Positions 61,192 through 64,000 of a stretch of DNA of 64,000 nt are shown here, piece by piece. Position numbers and translations under genes: made by a program. Source of the DNA: Microthyrium microscopicum. Its lineage: Eukaryota. The stretch covers positions 1,439,122-1,503,121 of the forward strand of contig MU004233.1 in NCBI GenBank assembly GCA_010405405.1, given 5' to 3'. Below the pieces are notes generated by a model, which had not been told where the DNA came from, did no database searches, and saw only the letters and a list, made by a program, of their open reading frames with translations. Each line of letters starts with the position of its first letter. Positions within the stretch are counted from its first letter, which is position 1.

Positions 61192-62000
61192 AATATCGTT
61201 GGTTTTGCCAGTCACTATTCCCTTTCACGTCCCGACAAACTCTGGATCAATTAGTCAACTATCGTGCTTCGAGCTATTCTGCCACATACTCTATCATATG
61301 AGATATCAAGAGCTCAAATTCCAGAACTTAACGCGTACGCCAGGTCTGCTCTTGGCTGTCCTCTGATGATGCGATTCTAGTTTCTGTCGTAAGTTTCAAT
61401 GAAGAGGTCGAAGGTCACTGATGGATGGTAGTACGACTTTATCAATTATCATGGACTGGAGTTGACATTTCAGATTCAATAGATCAAGACTTTGAGTAGC
61501 TGCGTGAGGCTTCCAACAGTAGCAAGAGAAGTCGCGGTCTTAAGCAGGCACGTCCTAATTATGGTTGCACTTTCTCGTATTACCTGCACACAAACCCTAG
61601 GTACTCAAAAAGCAGTCGTATTGGCTGTCCGGTCAAGCAACTGCAGCTGCCAAGTAGCTCAAATAAGGTCCCTGATCGCATTAATGCGCAATGACGATCA
61701 TGTTCGAGCTGCACTTGTTTATGATCTATTACTCGCCTGGAGAGCTGGGTAATATTGTTCATGACCGATAATCCATCTGATCTTTCCAGAACACAGTCTG
61801 AAAGCCGCTACAAGTTTGTTGAATCTAGCCCGCTATTGCCCGTTATACGACAAGTTGCTTCCTGCCTACCTGGGTATGCATCGAAAGACATCTGCCAGAT
61901 GACATATCTCCAATACTTATTGCCAGCACGATCACTCGTATCCATCAGGCTTTGTGCGATTTCTGCGCTCAACTATCATTCTCATTTCTAACGTCTGGCA

Positions 62001-64000
62001 TTAACTGCTAAATTGTGGTTTCCCATCAGTATCTTCACTAAGTCGAGCTCTGGTAGCTTTGGCCACCTCCAAGATATCATCTCTCGTACTGTTCATTCCG
62101 ATCCTTTGATATATCTTCTCATCCAAAGAGCAGAGCAGAACAGAAAGACTCGAAGATTTCCATATTCGATTAGAAGCGCCGGGCGGACTCTTAATCAGGA
62201 GCAGAACGAAGAATACATAAGAGAGGACCGTCAGAACAGCCAGATACGATAGCCATGGCCTGGATTTTGTTAGTATAATGCGATCGAAGTTAATATGCCT
62301 GAAAGACCATTTGGTCTCCTGGTGCTGAACAGGCCAAACACCCATCGTATTCGGTAGCACCCATCGTACTATATGGTAGCCATCGAGTGTGGTGGATGAT
62401 GTGATTGTTTCAGTCCCATTGGATTTTGTCAGGAAATATGACTTGACAAGGAGAATTCTTACCACTGAACACGAAGACATGTAGTATCAAATGATACCGC
62501 ACCCTGCTGGTACTCTGCAAGGCCCCCATTCCCAGTCTGACGAATTGTCGCCGTCATAATCTCCGATAGATTTCCCATGAACATATTAAAGGAATGGAGA
62601 TTCGCTGTACCATTTTGCCATAGATTCAGAGCAGGTATCAAGCCCACTGGAGCCGCACCCGATGTATCAACTTCCAGTTTGCCTAGAACGCGACCGAGCT
62701 CTCCGGCGATTGAGTCAGCGGACTGGCGACCGAATCCCCAGACACAATCCTGCGGGAAGAATCTGGTAGGCCCAGTCTGGTTTTTAAACACTGGCCCAAA
62801 GTAGTTTGGAGCGCTATCCACATTTTCGAATGACACTTCTTTTAGGCCTGGGCCCGCCTCGTTTTGTGCGTCGCAGGATTGCCATTTCCCGTCACGAATT
62901 GTCTGGTTGCTTGCTAGAATAAATGATTCCGGATCCTGTTGCTGGCCGATGTAGAATAATTGGTTGTATCCCATTGGCTTCGTCGACAGTGTGGTCTCTG
63001 TCAAAACATTCCTTTCCATACTGGCAGATTTCTCGACAACACAAGGGAATAATCGACAAGTAAAAGCCGCGGCTGTCTGATTTGAGGCCCCAGTTGTGGC
63101 ATTGCTCTTGGCTGCTAACAGCGTGAACATGGTATCGTTCCTGCTAGGAAGCAAAGATGTGTAGAACCATCTCTCTCTTCCAACCCATATAAGAGTTTTG
63201 TTTGATTGATCTGTTATAGTCCAATTCACTGGGGACGAACCGGGTACAATAGACAATCTGTCAGATGAGTCTTCACAGGCGTGGCACATCCCAACAGTCT
63301 GAAATCTTGGGAATGTGCAGTTTCCCGAGCTACAGTCAACTGTAAGGAGGCTCGGAATCCTGGGAGGTGGGCTATAGCTAGCAGTATTGATAGCGACCGC
63401 CATGGGAGGATGTATCGAACTTTCGCCAGCTGCAATGTGCCCTCCATTTATAATATACTCAGACGTTCGAGGTAGTCTGGACGCATGTCCGATATAAGTT
63501 TGGGGACAGTCCACGTTCTGGACGACTTGTTGAACGAATGGATCAGCAATGAAGGCGATTATCGTTAACAGCGCCGCAAACTTAGCGAGGTACTTGAAAA
63601 CATTGCTAGAAGGAATGAGCATAGATATGGTAGTTGTGGCTCACTTAACATACTCTTTCCATGACGAACCTGACGGTGCCCATCGTGGATTAAACACGAA
63701 TTGGAATGAACCCCATGCACTCCGACTGGCACTATCATAGTCCTCCATGTCGATAAGCCTTTGCTCATGTGATTTGGCGGCTTGCCATTTCAGCTGGCTG
63801 ATGCCTTTGCACAATTTAGTGGGACATCCTATTTCAATCGCTCAAAAACTCAAGGTACCTTCGGATAATGGCAAAGCCACGCCAGCTTTCAGCATTGCGG
63901 TAAAAACGGCGATCAATGCGTTTATAGAGATGCTGAATGGCCATTGCGGCAGTGGCTTTCCCTCATGCAGCTTAAGAGTTATGATAATCGCAGCGAGTGA
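62001..64000 (-). CDS. DUF3176-type fungal membrane protein, multi-exon, 5' end outside the window
   Basis: Minus-strand translation near the window end QWPFSISINALIAVFTAMLKA...ISQLKW...YDSASRSAWGS; DPFVQQVV, CSSGNCTFP, TTCLRVQW, WKSSSLSVL. Confidence 0.8.

Overview
Eukaryotic DNA from a filamentous ascomycete (short GT-AG introns with CTRAC-type branch sites; Pezizomycotina-like genes), so the ORF track only shows exon fragments. Conserved core genes: MCM4 (with MCB boxes in its promoter), a RasGAP/RasGAP_C protein, a macro-domain protein, Mo25/HymA, TM9SF/EMP70, ornithine decarboxylase antizyme with an intact +1 frameshift site (TCC-TGA), DIM1, APN1, a Q-rich SS18/Snf11-like protein, a SAM methyltransferase and a DUF3176-type membrane protein. 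Between them lies accessory material: (i) a tandem pair of intron-conserved paralogs at 0.7-2.9 kb that the ORF track misses, (ii) a 111-aa secreted Kex2-processed repeat precursor carrying five 13-14 aa peptides, (iii) a pair of tiny diverged paralogs and two probable pseudogenes at 24-29 kb, (iv) an intronless NLR-like SesA/HeLo-like-NB-ARC-TPR gene, (v) a tRNA-like Pol III-type element with an aberrant cloverleaf, and (vi) a tandem array of four intronless paralogs plus a remnant (49.6-57.6 kb) sharing an unrecognised domain (KxxYNxNLDxY...LWxGxxP...EVFFAPxYRDD). All domain names come from motif recognition by eye, not from database searches, and exon boundaries were inferred manually.
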